A DNA stretch of 64,000 nt from an uncultured Saprospiraceae bacterium (GTDB lineage: Bacteria; Bacteroidota; Bacteroidia; Chitinophagales; Saprospiraceae), in assembly GCA_964573725.1 (NCBI GenBank), contig CAZNLJ010000015.1, positions 43,738-107,737 on the forward strand, given 5' to 3'. Positions 47,644 through 57,365 of this stretch are shown piece by piece. Made by a program: the position numbers and the translations under genes. The notes under the pieces were generated by a model. The model had not been told where the DNA came from, made no database searches, and saw only the letters and a list, made by a program, of their open reading frames with translations. Every line of letters starts with the position of its first letter. The first letter of the stretch is position 1.

Positions 47644-49695
47644 TTACCGCCGGAGCAGGGCAAGCACCTGCCGGGCGACATGTTCCGCAGTGAACCCGAA
47701 TTTTTCGTCCAGCACCTGATAGGGAGCGGAATAGCCGAAATGGGAAAGCCCCCAGACCTTACCCCTGGGGCCGACGAGCCCCTGCAGGGTGACCGGCAAT
47801 CCGGCCGTCAGTCCGAACGTCGGGATATTTCCCGGTAGGACGGACCGCTGATATTTTCCGGATTGTTGCCGGAACAAGCCTTCGGAAGGAGCGGAAACGA
47901 CCCGGACCTGCACCTGGTGTTCCGAAGCGAGCAGGGCGGCCCCGGCGACCAGGGTAGCCACTTCGGATCCATTGCCGACGAGGACGGCATCCGGTTTTCC
48001 CGGCGGATCCAGGACGACATAGGCACCGCGGCCGGCCTGGTCGGCCTGGTGGCGCCGGTCAGGTCCCGGCAGGTCCCGGACGGCTTGCCTGGAAAGGACC
48101 AGGCCGGTCGGGCCGTCCGCCCGTTGTATCGCCATTCGCCAGCAGGCGACCGTTTCGGCACCATCCGCCGGACGGAGCGCCAGCAGGGAAGGTTTGTCGT
48201 GGTGATTCCGCAATTGTTCGAGCAAGCGGAGCTGGGCCTCCTGCTCCACGGGCTGATGGGTCGGGCCGTCCTCCCCTACCCGGAACGCATCGTGGGTCCA
48301 GATGAAAATGACCGGTTGCTGCATCAGGGCGCAGACCCGGAGGGCCGGTTTCATGTAATCGGAAAAGGCGAAGAAGGTCGCACAAGCCGGGATGACACCC
48401 CCGTGCAGGGCCATCCCGGTGGCCAGTGCCGCCATGGTGAGCTCCGACACCCCTGCCTGCAGGAAAGCCCCCTGGAAGTCGTGCCGTCGGAAGGCCTTGG
48501 TCTTCTTGAGGAAGTTTTCGGTCTTGTCGCTATTGGCCAGGTCAGCCGATGCGACGATCATATTGCCGACCTGGTCCGCCAGGGCCGCGAGGACGGCGCC
48601 GGAAGCGTTCCGGGTGGCATCGTTGGGTTTCAGCGGGACGGCCTCCCAGTCGATGGTCGGCAGTTCGCGCCGCAGGTAACGGCGGTAAGTATCCGAAGGC
48701 CCTTTGTTTTCTCGGGCCCACTTCCGGAAGATGTTTTTGCGCTTGGTCGCCTCCTTGCGCTTCCTTGCCAGGATGGACTCGTAGTGTTCGGCGACATCCG
48801 GGAAGATCCGGAACGGGTCGTCGGGATTCCCACCCAATCCGCGGACGGTTTCCGCAAAGGAAGCCCCTGCACCGGAAAGCGGCTGTCCATGCAGCTCCAC
48901 CTCCCCTTCGAATAGGCTGCCGTCCGCCTTTCGGACCCCTTTGCCCATCAAGGTCCGGCCGATGATCAGGGAGGGCCGGTCGGTTTCCGCCAGGGCGGCC
49001 CGGATAGCCGCTTCGATGGCCTGGTGGTCGTTCCCGGGTATGGTCTGCACATGCCAGTCCCAGGCGCGGTACTTCATGGCCGTATCCTCGCTGGTGACTT
49101 CCCCGACCTCGGTGGATAGCTGAATGTCGTTGGCATCGTAAAACATGATGAGGTTGCCCAACCCGAGATGGCCGGCGATCCGGCCGGCAGCCTGGGAAAT
49201 CTCCTCCTGGATACCGCCGTCCGAAATATAGACATAGGTTTGGTGCGCCACCACCTCGCCGAAACGCGCCGCCAGGAAGCGTTCCGCAATGGCCGCGCCG
49301 ATGCCGAACGCATGCCCCAAGCCGAGCGGACCGGATGTGTTCTCGATTCCACGGGCGGGATCGAGTTCCGGATGGCCGGGCGTCACGCTGCCCCACTGCC
49401 GGAATTGCCGGATGTCATCCAAGGAATACTTGCCCAGCAGGCATTGCTGCGCATACAACATAGCGGACATATGGCCGGCATCCAGGAAGAAGCGGTCCCG
49501 CAGGGACCAGGTCATGTCGTCCGGATCGAACCGGAGGAACCGGGAGAACAGGACATGCATGAAATCCGCGCCGCCCATCGGACCACCGGGGTGGCCGGAA
49601 CGCGCTTGCTCCACCATGGCTGCCGAAAGTATCCGGATGTTGTCTGCGGAACGGAGGGAGCGGTCGCTGGATGAATCGTCTGTGTGTGGGTGCAT
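47644..49695 (-). CDS. tkt: Transketolase
   Basis: SGHPGGPMG TPP motif, GHPE, and full three-domain length. Start moved to MHPHTDD. Confidence 0.9.
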   Translation of the reverse strand: MHPHTDDSSSDRSLRSADNIRILSAAMVEQARSGHPGGPMGGADFMHVLFSRFLRFDPDDMTWSLRDRFFLDAGHMSAMLYAQQCLLGKYSLDDIRQFRQWGSVTPGHPELDPARGIENTSGPLGLGHAFGIGAAIAERFLAARFGEVVAHQTYVYISDGGIQEEISQAAGRIAGHLGLGNLIMFYDANDIQLSTEVGEVTSEDTAMKYRAWDWHVQTIPGNDHQAIEAAIRAALAETDRPSLIIGRTLMGKGVRKADGSLFEGEVELHGQPLSGAGASFAETVRGLGGNPDDPFRIFPDVAEHYESILARKRKEATKRKNIFRKWARENKGPSDTYRRYLRRELPTIDWEAVPLKPNDATRNASGAVLAALADQVGNMIVASADLANSDKTENFLKKTKAFRRHDFQGAFLQAGVSELTMAALATGMALHGGVIPACATFFAFSDYMKPALRVCALMQQPVIFIWTHDAFRVGEDGPTHQPVEQEAQLRLLEQLRNHHDKPSLLALRPADGAETVACWRMAIQRADGPTGLVLSRQAVRDLPGPDRRHQADQAGRGAYVVLDPPGKPDAVLVGNGSEVATLVAGAALLASEHQVQVRVVSAPSEGLFRQQSGKYQRSVLPGNIPTFGLTAGLPVTLQGLVGPRGKVWGLSHFGYSAPYQVLDEKFGFTAEHVARQVLALLRR

Positions 49696-49751
49696 GGTAT
49701 TTTTATCTTTTGAATTGGCTCCGGCGGGAAAGGGCCGCCGCGGATGGCTGC

Positions 49752-51047
49752 TCATTTTGCTTCGGGATATTTCCAGGGGCCCCGGTAGTCACGGCGCAAC
49801 ATGTCATCGGCAGCCGGGTCGTCCAAGACCCGGTCGTGGACGGCATCCCACGTAATGCTGCGGCCCAGGCGGGTGGACAGCATCCCGAGCAGGGCCATGT
49901 TGGTTGCCTGCCGCCCTTGCTCGATACCGGCGAAAGGGCTGGCACCGGTCTTGATCGCGGTCATGAAATCCTGCCAGACCAGCCGGATGTTTTGGGAATC
50001 CGGCTCGTCCAACGCAGGCGCCTGGCGGATGATTTCCTGCTTGCTGTCGTGCGGATGGAATGTCCAGCCTTGCTGCCAGCCCATGTGGAAAGTGCCCAGG
50101 GAGCCGTAAAAGTGGACCCCCACGTTCTCCCCCGGTTGTTGGGGCCGCCTGTTGAACAGCGAATGTTCCCAGGTGCAGGTGAACGATTCGAACGCGTAGG
50201 TGACGACCTGGCTGGCGGGCATGTCGCCGGCGGACGACTCCGGATGATAGCGGGCGGTACCGAAGATGGTACGGGGCGCTTTTTCCTCGGTCCACCAGAG
50301 GATCTGGTCGAACCAGTGCGGAGCCCAGTCCCCCAGCTGCCCATTGGCGAAACAACCGTATTGGCGCCAGCGGCGCGGATGGATGGCCGATCTGTAGGCG
50401 ACCTTTTCGGCCGGTCCGCAGTAGAAATCCCAATCCAGCCCGGCCGGGACTTCTTCCTCGGCCAGCGGTTCCGGGCGACTGCCGCTGTAATGGACAAATG
50501 CCTTGACCTCGCGGATCTCACCGGCTTTTCCGGCCCGCAGGAATTCCATACCGCTTACGTTGTGCGGAGAATAGCGGCGATGAAAGTCTACGATACAGAC
50601 CTTGCCGGTATCGACCACGGCCTGTTGGATGGCCGTTCCTTCCTTGACGGTATGGCCGATCGGCTTTTCCAGGAACAGGTGCGCCCCGCTGCGTAGGGCG
50701 GCTATGGCGACCAGTGCATGCCAGTGGTCCGGCGTCGCATTGATGACGATATCCGGCCGCTCCCGGTCCAGGCAATCCCGAAAATCCTTGTATCGGCGGG
50801 GCCGGTCGGTACAGAGTTTGCCGACCTCTGCGGCCGCCCGGTCCAGTTGCCGCTCGTCCACGTCGCACAAGGCGACGACATCCACCTCACCGGAACGGAT
50901 GGCTTCCCGCAGGATGTTCACGCCCCACCAGCCGCTGCCGACCAGGGCCAGGCTGTACCGGAAGTGGCGCCGCCGCACCCAGGGACCGGGGATTCCGATG
51001 GACAAGCCCGCCAATGAGGATGCCTGGATGAATTGCCGTCGCCGCAT
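49752..51047 (-). CDS. Gfo/Idh/MocA family oxidoreductase with twin-arginine (Tat) signal
   Basis: MRRRQFIQASSLAGLSIG Tat motif followed by a Rossmann GSGWWG and the Gfo/Idh/MocA C-terminal domain. Confidence 0.82.
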   Translation of the reverse strand: MRRRQFIQASSLAGLSIGIPGPWVRRRHFRYSLALVGSGWWGVNILREAIRSGEVDVVALCDVDERQLDRAAAEVGKLCTDRPRRYKDFRDCLDRERPDIVINATPDHWHALVAIAALRSGAHLFLEKPIGHTVKEGTAIQQAVVDTGKVCIVDFHRRYSPHNVSGMEFLRAGKAGEIREVKAFVHYSGSRPEPLAEEEVPAGLDWDFYCGPAEKVAYRSAIHPRRWRQYGCFANGQLGDWAPHWFDQILWWTEEKAPRTIFGTARYHPESSAGDMPASQVVTYAFESFTCTWEHSLFNRRPQQPGENVGVHFYGSLGTFHMGWQQGWTFHPHDSKQEIIRQAPALDEPDSQNIRLVWQDFMTAIKTGASPFAGIEQGRQATNMALLGMLSTRLGRSITWDAVHDRVLDDPAADDMLRRDYRGPWKYPEAK

Positions 51048-51244
51048 GATTCCTTTTTGCGGGCAAGCTACTAAATTTTGCACTTTCCGGTGTCGGATTC
51101 CCCTCCGCTTTTTACTTTTGACGGACACAGGGGGCCTGTTTCCGGGGCCGGATTCCGGTACCGAAGCCATACCGCTGCCCGCCCGGTATCCCCGGAAAAG
51201 ATACCGGGCTTCCGCGCAACCACTTGTCATCAAATTCGGAATAT

Positions 51245-51880
51245 ATGAAATCATTTATCTTTTCTCTCCTGGTGTTGGCCGGTTCCGGCACCGCCCGGGC
51301 CGGCTCGGCCGGTTTTCCGCCGGCAACAGCCGGTGACACGGCCGTTATCGAACTATTCAACGGCAAGGACCTTCGGGGCTGGATCAACCACGGGAAGGAG
51401 TTGTGGTATGTCGAAAACGGCGAACTGGTCTGCGAAAGCGGCCCCTACAAGGAGTACGGATACCTGGGCACGGTGGATACCTACCAGGATTTCGAGTTGA
51501 CGCTGGAATTCAAACAGGAAGCCAATGGCAACAGCGGGGTCTTCGTCCGGTCCTCGATCGACGGGGTCCGTATTGCAGGATGGCAGGCGGAGGTAGCGCC
51601 CAAGGGTTCGCATACGGGCGGCATCTACGAAAGCTACGGCCGGGGCTGGCTGATCAGGCCGGAGGCGGAAAAAGAGGAAGCCCTGAAGGAGAACGACTGG
51701 AACCACATGCGGATCCGATGCGTCGGGGACGAGGTCACCACCTGGCTCAACGGGGTGCAGATGATCCACCTGAAGGATGCCAAGATCGGGGAAGCCGGGC
51801 CCGGCATGATTGCCTTGCAGATTCATGACGGCGGCGGAATCAAGGTCCGCTGGCGCAACCTGCGCCTGCAGCGTTTCTGA
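51245..51880 (+). CDS. DUF1080 (3-keto-disaccharide hydrolase family) secreted protein
   Basis: Signal peptide. LFNGKDLRGW...W.VENGEL..., GNSGVFVRS and IALQIHDGG motifs characteristic of DUF1080. Confidence 0.82.
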   Translation: MKSFIFSLLVLAGSGTARAGSAGFPPATAGDTAVIELFNGKDLRGWINHGKELWYVENGELVCESGPYKEYGYLGTVDTYQDFELTLEFKQEANGNSGVFVRSSIDGVRIAGWQAEVAPKGSHTGGIYESYGRGWLIRPEAEKEEALKENDWNHMRIRCVGDEVTTWLNGVQMIHLKDAKIGEAGPGMIALQIHDGGGIKVRWRNLRLQRF

Positions 51881-51928
51881 TCCGGGTCCGTACGCAGCAG
51901 GGGGCTGCCGCGGAAGCGGAGAATCCGC

Positions 51929-53266
51929 TCAGGAAAGCCAGGTGGCCAACAAGAACAACAGGAAGGCCGCCACGAGGCCGGTCATGCCGGTTCCCAGGGC
52001 TATCAGGCGGTAGCCTTGGGAAACGGTCATGCCGCTCATTTGGCTGACGACCCAGAAAAAGCTGTCGTTGGCATGGGAGACCACCAGCGAGCCGGCTCCG
52101 ATGGCCAATACGGCGAGCGCCCGTCCGGTTTCCGTATCCAGGCCGAGGACGGTCAATACCGGTGCCAACATGGATGCGGTGGTAACGATGGCGACGGTCG
52201 AGGAACCTTGGGCGGTCTTGAGCGCCGCCGCCACCAGGAAGGGCACCCAGATACCCAGCGAGCGGATTTCCCCAAGCAAGTCCGCCAGTACCGTCGCCAG
52301 ACCGGACGACTGCAGTACCTTGCCGAAGATACCGCCGGCACCGGTCACCAACAGGACCAGGGCCGCCTCCCGAAACGCCAGTCCCGCCCATCCGTCGGCA
52401 GCGAGCATCTCCGCCGACCGACGCCGCGGCAGCCACATGGCGGCTGCCAATCCGACCAATAAGGCCACCAGCGGGGTTCCGAGGAACTGCAGCGACCGGA
52501 ACATCCGGCCCGACGGCGGCAATCCGAGATAGGGGGAAGCCGATTTGAGCAGGATGAGCAGGATCGGAAGCAAGATCGGCAGGAAACTGGCAAAAGCCGA
52601 AGGTGCGGCCACCGGGGAATCCGCGGCAAACGTCGGCGCCGGCGCTGCCACGCCGGCCGGCACCATGCCAACGGTCCACCGACGGGTGACCAGGTAGGCC
52701 GGTATCCAGGCCAGCAGGCTCACCGGAATGCCGTACAATAGTATCATCCCGAGGTCGGCCCCCAGCATGCCGGCCGCCGCCACCGGCCCCGGTGTCGGCG
52801 GCACCATCGTATGGGAAGCCATCAAGCCCAGGGCGAGGGCCGTGGTCAGCATGCAGACCGACTGACCGGTCCTGGCCGCCAGGGCCCTGTTCAAGGGGTG
52901 CAGCAGGAGGAATCCGCTGTCCGCAAACACCGGAATGGAAACCAACCAACCGGTCAGTCCCATGCCGAAACCGGCCCGGCCCGCCCCCATCCGCCGCAGG
53001 ACTGCGTCCGCCATCACCCGTGCCGCCCCCGTCTTTTCCAAAAAGGTACCGACCAGGACACCGATGAGGATCAACAGGCCTACCTGTCCGACCGTTGCGC
53101 CGAATCCCTCGTTGACCGCCGCCAACAACGCCTGCCCCTCCATACCGGCGGCCAACCCGTAGGCCAGGCCGGCCGCCAGCAGGGCCAGGAACGGATGCAG
53201 CCGCCAACGGGTCGTCGAGACGACCACGAACACGATGGCCAGGAACAACAGGATTAACAGGTACAT
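51929..53266 (-). CDS. GntP family permease
   Basis: 445-aa polytopic membrane protein with GntP-type N-terminus and length. Confidence 0.8.
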   Translation of the reverse strand: MYLLILLFLAIVFVVVSTTRWRLHPFLALLAAGLAYGLAAGMEGQALLAAVNEGFGATVGQVGLLILIGVLVGTFLEKTGAARVMADAVLRRMGAGRAGFGMGLTGWLVSIPVFADSGFLLLHPLNRALAARTGQSVCMLTTALALGLMASHTMVPPTPGPVAAAGMLGADLGMILLYGIPVSLLAWIPAYLVTRRWTVGMVPAGVAAPAPTFAADSPVAAPSAFASFLPILLPILLILLKSASPYLGLPPSGRMFRSLQFLGTPLVALLVGLAAAMWLPRRRSAEMLAADGWAGLAFREAALVLLVTGAGGIFGKVLQSSGLATVLADLLGEIRSLGIWVPFLVAAALKTAQGSSTVAIVTTASMLAPVLTVLGLDTETGRALAVLAIGAGSLVVSHANDSFFWVVSQMSGMTVSQGYRLIALGTGMTGLVAAFLLFLLATWLS

Positions 53267-53290
53267 AGGCGATGGATGGACCGGCAGCCC

Positions 53291-54649
53291 CTAACGGGCC
53301 GTGTACTTGTTGACCATGGATTCGAACAGTTCTTGCCGGCCGCTGGTCTGCAGCGGTTCCCCCTGCTTTTCCGCCCAACGGGCAAGGTCCTTGAGTGAGA
53401 GCTTCCCTTTTTCGAAATCCTTCCCCTTTCCATGGTCGAAGGAGGCATACCTCGCTTCCCGCATGGACCGATAGGCGGATTCCTCCAACAGGGCGTCCGC
53501 CGCCAACAAGGCCCGCGCGAAGGTGTCCATCCCACCGATATGGGCGATGAACAGGTCCGCCGGATCGGTCGAGTTCCGCCGGGTCTTCGCATCGAAATTG
53601 ATGCCGCCGCCCTGGAAACCGCCGGCTTCCAGGATGACCAGCATGGCTTCCGTCAATTCCGATACATTGTTCGGAAATTGGTCGGTGTCCCAGCCGTTCT
53701 GATAATCGCCCCGGTTGGCATCGATGGACCCCAATACCCCGGCATCGGCGGCCACCTGCAGTTCGTGCGGAAAAGTATGGTGCGCCAGGGTGGCGTGGTT
53801 GACTTCGATATTCAGCTTGAAATCGTCCAACAGGTCGTACGTGCGCAGGAAATTGAGACAGGTGGCCGCGTCGTAGTCGTATTGGTGTTTCGTCGGCTCA
53901 CAAGGCTTCGGTTCGATGAAGAAGGTTCCCTTGAAGCCCTGCTTCCGGGCGTAATCCCTGGCCAGCTGCAGGAACATGCCCAAGTGGTCGAGTTCCCGCT
54001 TCATCTGGGTGTTCAGCAAGGACATGTATCCCTCGCGTCCTCCCCAGAAGACGTAATTGTGTCCGCCCAGGCGGATGGTGGCGTCGATCGCCTGCCGGAC
54101 CTGGGCGGCGGCATAGGCCACCACCGCAAAGTCGGGATTCGTCGCCGCCCCGTTCATGTAACGCGGATGGGAAAACAGGTTGGCCGTACCCCAAAGGACT
54201 TCTATCCCGCTGGCCTTCTGCTTTTCCAGGGCGTAACCGGTGATGAGGTCGAGCCGACGCTCACTCTCCGCCAAGGTGTCCCCCTCGTCGACCAGGTCGA
54301 AATCGTGGAAACAATAAAACGGGATGCCGATCTTGCCGATGAACTCGAAAGCCGCATCCATCTTGTCGCGGGCCCGGTCGATCGGGTCCGCCGCCGTCAG
54401 CCAGGGATACCGCTTGGTGCCCGGCCCGAACGGGTCGCCCCCCGTGTTGCAGAAGCTGTGCCAGTAGGCGACGGCAAATCGGAAATGGGCTTTCATCGGC
54501 TTTCCCCGAACCATCCGATCTTCCTCGTACCACTTGAAAGCCAAAGGATTGTCGGAGCCGGGCCCTTCGTATTGAATCTTGCCGATCCCGGGGAAGTATT
54601 CCACCAAGCCGGTGATTACCGATGTTTTCGAATGGTTTGTTTTTTTCAT
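53291..54649 (-). CDS. xylA: Xylose isomerase (class II)
   Basis: [32 protein letters not shown] and [10 protein letters not shown] motifs. Start moved to MKKTNHS (452 aa). Confidence 0.92.
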   Translation of the reverse strand: MKKTNHSKTSVITGLVEYFPGIGKIQYEGPGSDNPLAFKWYEEDRMVRGKPMKAHFRFAVAYWHSFCNTGGDPFGPGTKRYPWLTAADPIDRARDKMDAAFEFIGKIGIPFYCFHDFDLVDEGDTLAESERRLDLITGYALEKQKASGIEVLWGTANLFSHPRYMNGAATNPDFAVVAYAAAQVRQAIDATIRLGGHNYVFWGGREGYMSLLNTQMKRELDHLGMFLQLARDYARKQGFKGTFFIEPKPCEPTKHQYDYDAATCLNFLRTYDLLDDFKLNIEVNHATLAHHTFPHELQVAADAGVLGSIDANRGDYQNGWDTDQFPNNVSELTEAMLVILEAGGFQGGGINFDAKTRRNSTDPADLFIAHIGGMDTFARALLAADALLEESAYRSMREARYASFDHGKGKDFEKGKLSLKDLARWAEKQGEPLQTSGRQELFESMVNKYTAR

Positions 54650-54898
54650 AGGAACAGATTGATCTTTATTGGTATCGAATTCAGCTGGGAACGGAACCGG
54701 TTTCCTGATTCCGGCAGACTCGCAACAGCTGTTGGTCTTGCGGCAAACCCGGTACCGCACCGCCGGCGATGGGGACCAGTTTATGCTTCCCGTCCTCGCC
54801 TGCCTGTCGGGTGTCTTTCGGGCGAGCGGCTTCCGCTCCGGACGCAATGTACCACTTTTCCGGAACGGCACACCTACAGGGTGGACTTACGGACCTGC

Positions 54899-56404
54899 TC
54901 ACATCCAGGCCCGGTTGTCCGACTCGATTCGGAACAACAACCGGTCCGCCAAATCCTGCGCCAGGTCCTGCGCCAGATACGGCAGGGTCAAGGGACCGGC
55001 GGCCGTGACCAAGGTAAGATGGCAATAACCGGCGCGCCGGAGCCATCTGCTGCCATGAAGCCGGACAACCTGGACCTTGTAATCCTTGAGGAGCACCGTG
55101 CGACGGTTCACCACCCCCCAGGCAATCCGAAGACCGTCCGGATGGACTTCCCAGTTCCAGGTACGGTGGTAGCGTACCGCCCACCAAACCGACAGGGGCA
55201 GCCAAACGGCTGCACCGACCAGGTAAAGGGTCGGAAAATTCAGGGAGGCCGGCCACCAAAGCACGAACAAGGGAAAGATACCCCGAAGAAGCACCTGCCG
55301 CAGGATGATGCGGCGATCCACCCCGTGGACGGTACCGGCAGCGGCATCCCAAACCGGCCAATAAGCCCGGACAATCCGTTGTTGGCCCTCCACATGACAA
55401 CCCGGCAGGCTGACACTGCCGCGGCCGCCCCGTTCCCGGCGAGGGACCGCTTGGGGCAAGTGCACGGCGGCCAACCCGAAGTGCCGGAGCAAGGGCGTGC
55501 TCCGGATATCGACCCATTGGATTTTTTCCAGCTCCACCGACTTGACCGTCCGGGCGAACCAACCCGCCTCCATCCGGATATGGCGTCGGTCGAGCCGCAC
55601 CGTCAGTCCGTGATACACCATGAAAGTCCGCAACAAGGTGGCCAGCATGGCCACCCCCAACAACAGGGGAAGCAGGACCAGCAAGAGGAAGCCTCCTTGT
55701 GAAAACACCGCGGTCGGCAACAGGCCCTGCCATTGCGCCACTGTCTCCTTACCCACCGCTTCCATCAGGTCGTTCGCAAAACTTGCCAGGAAGACAAGTA
55801 CGACGCCGGCTGTGCGCAGGTGGTTCCGGCTCATTCCCACCTTGACCAAATCGGTTTCCGACAAGCGGTAGAGGAAGTCCATCCCCTCACCGCTTGCCTC
55901 CTCGGGAGGGCTTGGCCCGGCCGCCGCCACGGCAGGAGCCGACCGTTGTTGCCCGACGTACCGCTGCAAGGCATGGGCCTGGTCGGGCGGAAGTGCCTCC
56001 AGCCGGAATTCCTGTCCCAAGGACCCGGCCGTATCGATGTCGACGGCCATTACCCCGAACAACCGATGGACCACCGACTGCTGCAGGGAGACCGATTGGA
56101 TCCGCTCCATCGGTACCAGGGTCCTGCGGCGACGCAGCCAGCCCGTCTCCAGGATGAGCGCCTGGTCCCGGATATGGAAACGCTTGGTCAGGTACCGTAC
56201 CAGGGCGTTGCCGACGCTGAGCATCAAAAAAACCGACACCACATCGTCCCACATCCCCTCCCGCCCACCGGATGGCCGCAGGAACAGCAACAACAGCACC
56301 GCCCAAAACTGCCGAATCATCAATTTGAACGCCGTTCCCATCAGCAGCACCAAGGCTGCCGGGGATTGCCGGACCGGATTCGGGAATGGATTCGGTTCAG
56401 TCAT
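54899..56404 (-). CDS. YdbT-like membrane protein with repeated bacterial PH (bPH_2) domains
   Basis: Repeated TM-pair + PH-like units (e.g. RIQSVSLQQSVVHRLFGVMAV, KIQWVDIRSTPLLRHFGLAAV). Start moved to MTEPNPF. Confidence 0.7.
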   Translation of the reverse strand: MTEPNPFPNPVRQSPAALVLLMGTAFKLMIRQFWAVLLLLFLRPSGGREGMWDDVVSVFLMLSVGNALVRYLTKRFHIRDQALILETGWLRRRRTLVPMERIQSVSLQQSVVHRLFGVMAVDIDTAGSLGQEFRLEALPPDQAHALQRYVGQQRSAPAVAAAGPSPPEEASGEGMDFLYRLSETDLVKVGMSRNHLRTAGVVLVFLASFANDLMEAVGKETVAQWQGLLPTAVFSQGGFLLLVLLPLLLGVAMLATLLRTFMVYHGLTVRLDRRHIRMEAGWFARTVKSVELEKIQWVDIRSTPLLRHFGLAAVHLPQAVPRRERGGRGSVSLPGCHVEGQQRIVRAYWPVWDAAAGTVHGVDRRIILRQVLLRGIFPLFVLWWPASLNFPTLYLVGAAVWLPLSVWWAVRYHRTWNWEVHPDGLRIAWGVVNRRTVLLKDYKVQVVRLHGSRWLRRAGYCHLTLVTAAGPLTLPYLAQDLAQDLADRLLFRIESDNRAWM

Positions 56405-56966
56405 GGGCGGCAGGTTGGACACCTTCCGGACCGATGGACCCGCCGGGTGCCGGCATGGTGCCGGTGCGGACGGCGATGTATTCCTTGATGCGCAGGGCAT
56501 CCGTGTACGGAAGCCCTACCACTTGCAGGTCCCCCCCGTTGCCCCCGGCGGTATAGATCCGCAGCGTGGCCAAGCCCGCCCATCGTTCCAACGGCCCCCG
56601 GGAGATCTCACTGTGCTGGATCCGCAGGTAAGGAACGATCGTCCTGCTGGTGAACAAGACCCCCTCCCGGTACAGGATATCATGTTCCCGCAAGGCATAA
56701 CCGGCATTTTCCCATTTCTTCCAGGCTATCCAAAGGGAGAAGAAAAACGCGGCCGCCCAACCCGACAACAGGAAAGGCCACCAGGACGCCACCCCTGAGC
56801 CGTCATCGGCCGACAGGATGCCCCAAGCCACCGGCAGCGACAATAGGTACCATCCGGCGGTGGAGCTCAGCTCCACCCGGCGCCAAACCGGGGACAGCGG
56901 CTGGAAGTCCACGGAAGAGACCTTGGGCAGGTCCGACGGCCGTACTGCTTCGTTTCGGAATTCCAT
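56397..56966 (-). CDS. YdbS-like membrane protein with a single bPH_2 domain
   Basis: Two TM segments followed by the PH-like segment YREGVLFTSRTIVPYLRIQHSEISRGPLERWAGLATLRIYTAG. Its 3' end overlaps the downstream gene start by 8 nt. Confidence 0.7.
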   Translation of the reverse strand: MEFRNEAVRPSDLPKVSSVDFQPLSPVWRRVELSSTAGWYLLSLPVAWGILSADDGSGVASWWPFLLSGWAAAFFFSLWIAWKKWENAGYALREHDILYREGVLFTSRTIVPYLRIQHSEISRGPLERWAGLATLRIYTAGGNGGDLQVVGLPYTDALRIKEYIAVRTGTMPAPGGSIGPEGVQPAAHD

Positions 56967-57138
56967 ACGTTCATTTTAGCGGGCTTACCCGCCAGGAATG
57001 GTCGGGCCCGTGACGCTCCCGGAGGAACATTGTCAAAAATATTACAAAAGGTGTGAACAGGCGATAAAAAAAACGGGAGGTACGCTTGACTTTTTCAGGG
57101 GAAAGTCATTTTCTTTGCCAATAATAAAACAGAAGGTC

Positions 57139-57204
57139 ATGGAAGCGTATACGGCTCAACAGACAAACAATTGGTGGTGGCAATTCCGGACATCAAACCC
57201 GTGA
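57139..57204 (+). CDS. trpL: trp operon leader peptide (21 aa, three consecutive Trp codons)
   Basis: Hand translation gives MEAYTAQQTNNWWWQFRTSNP*. TGG TGG TGG lies at 57172-57180. A terminator follows 40 nt downstream, and trpE starts at 57366. Confidence 0.8.
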   Translation: MEAYTAQQTNNWWWQFRTSNP

Positions 57205-57244
57205 TGAGTCGCTCGCCTGTCGTATACACCTGAAAATCGACCGC

Positions 57245-57281
57245 AAAAAGGCCTGCCGAATCTCACGGCAGGCCTTTTTGC
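57245..57281 (+). terminator. trp attenuator terminator (Bacteroid-trp-type leader)
   Basis: AAAAAGGCCTGCCG-aatctca-CGGCAGGCCTTTTT, a perfect 9-bp GC core extended by A/T pairs with a T5 tail. Confidence 0.8.
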
Positions 57282-57365
57282 TTAAGTCCCCCAGAGCGAT
57301 ACCGGCAGACAGGCCGGTCCGGATTCGGGCGGGGATATTCGACCACCATTCACCGGAAGCTGCCG

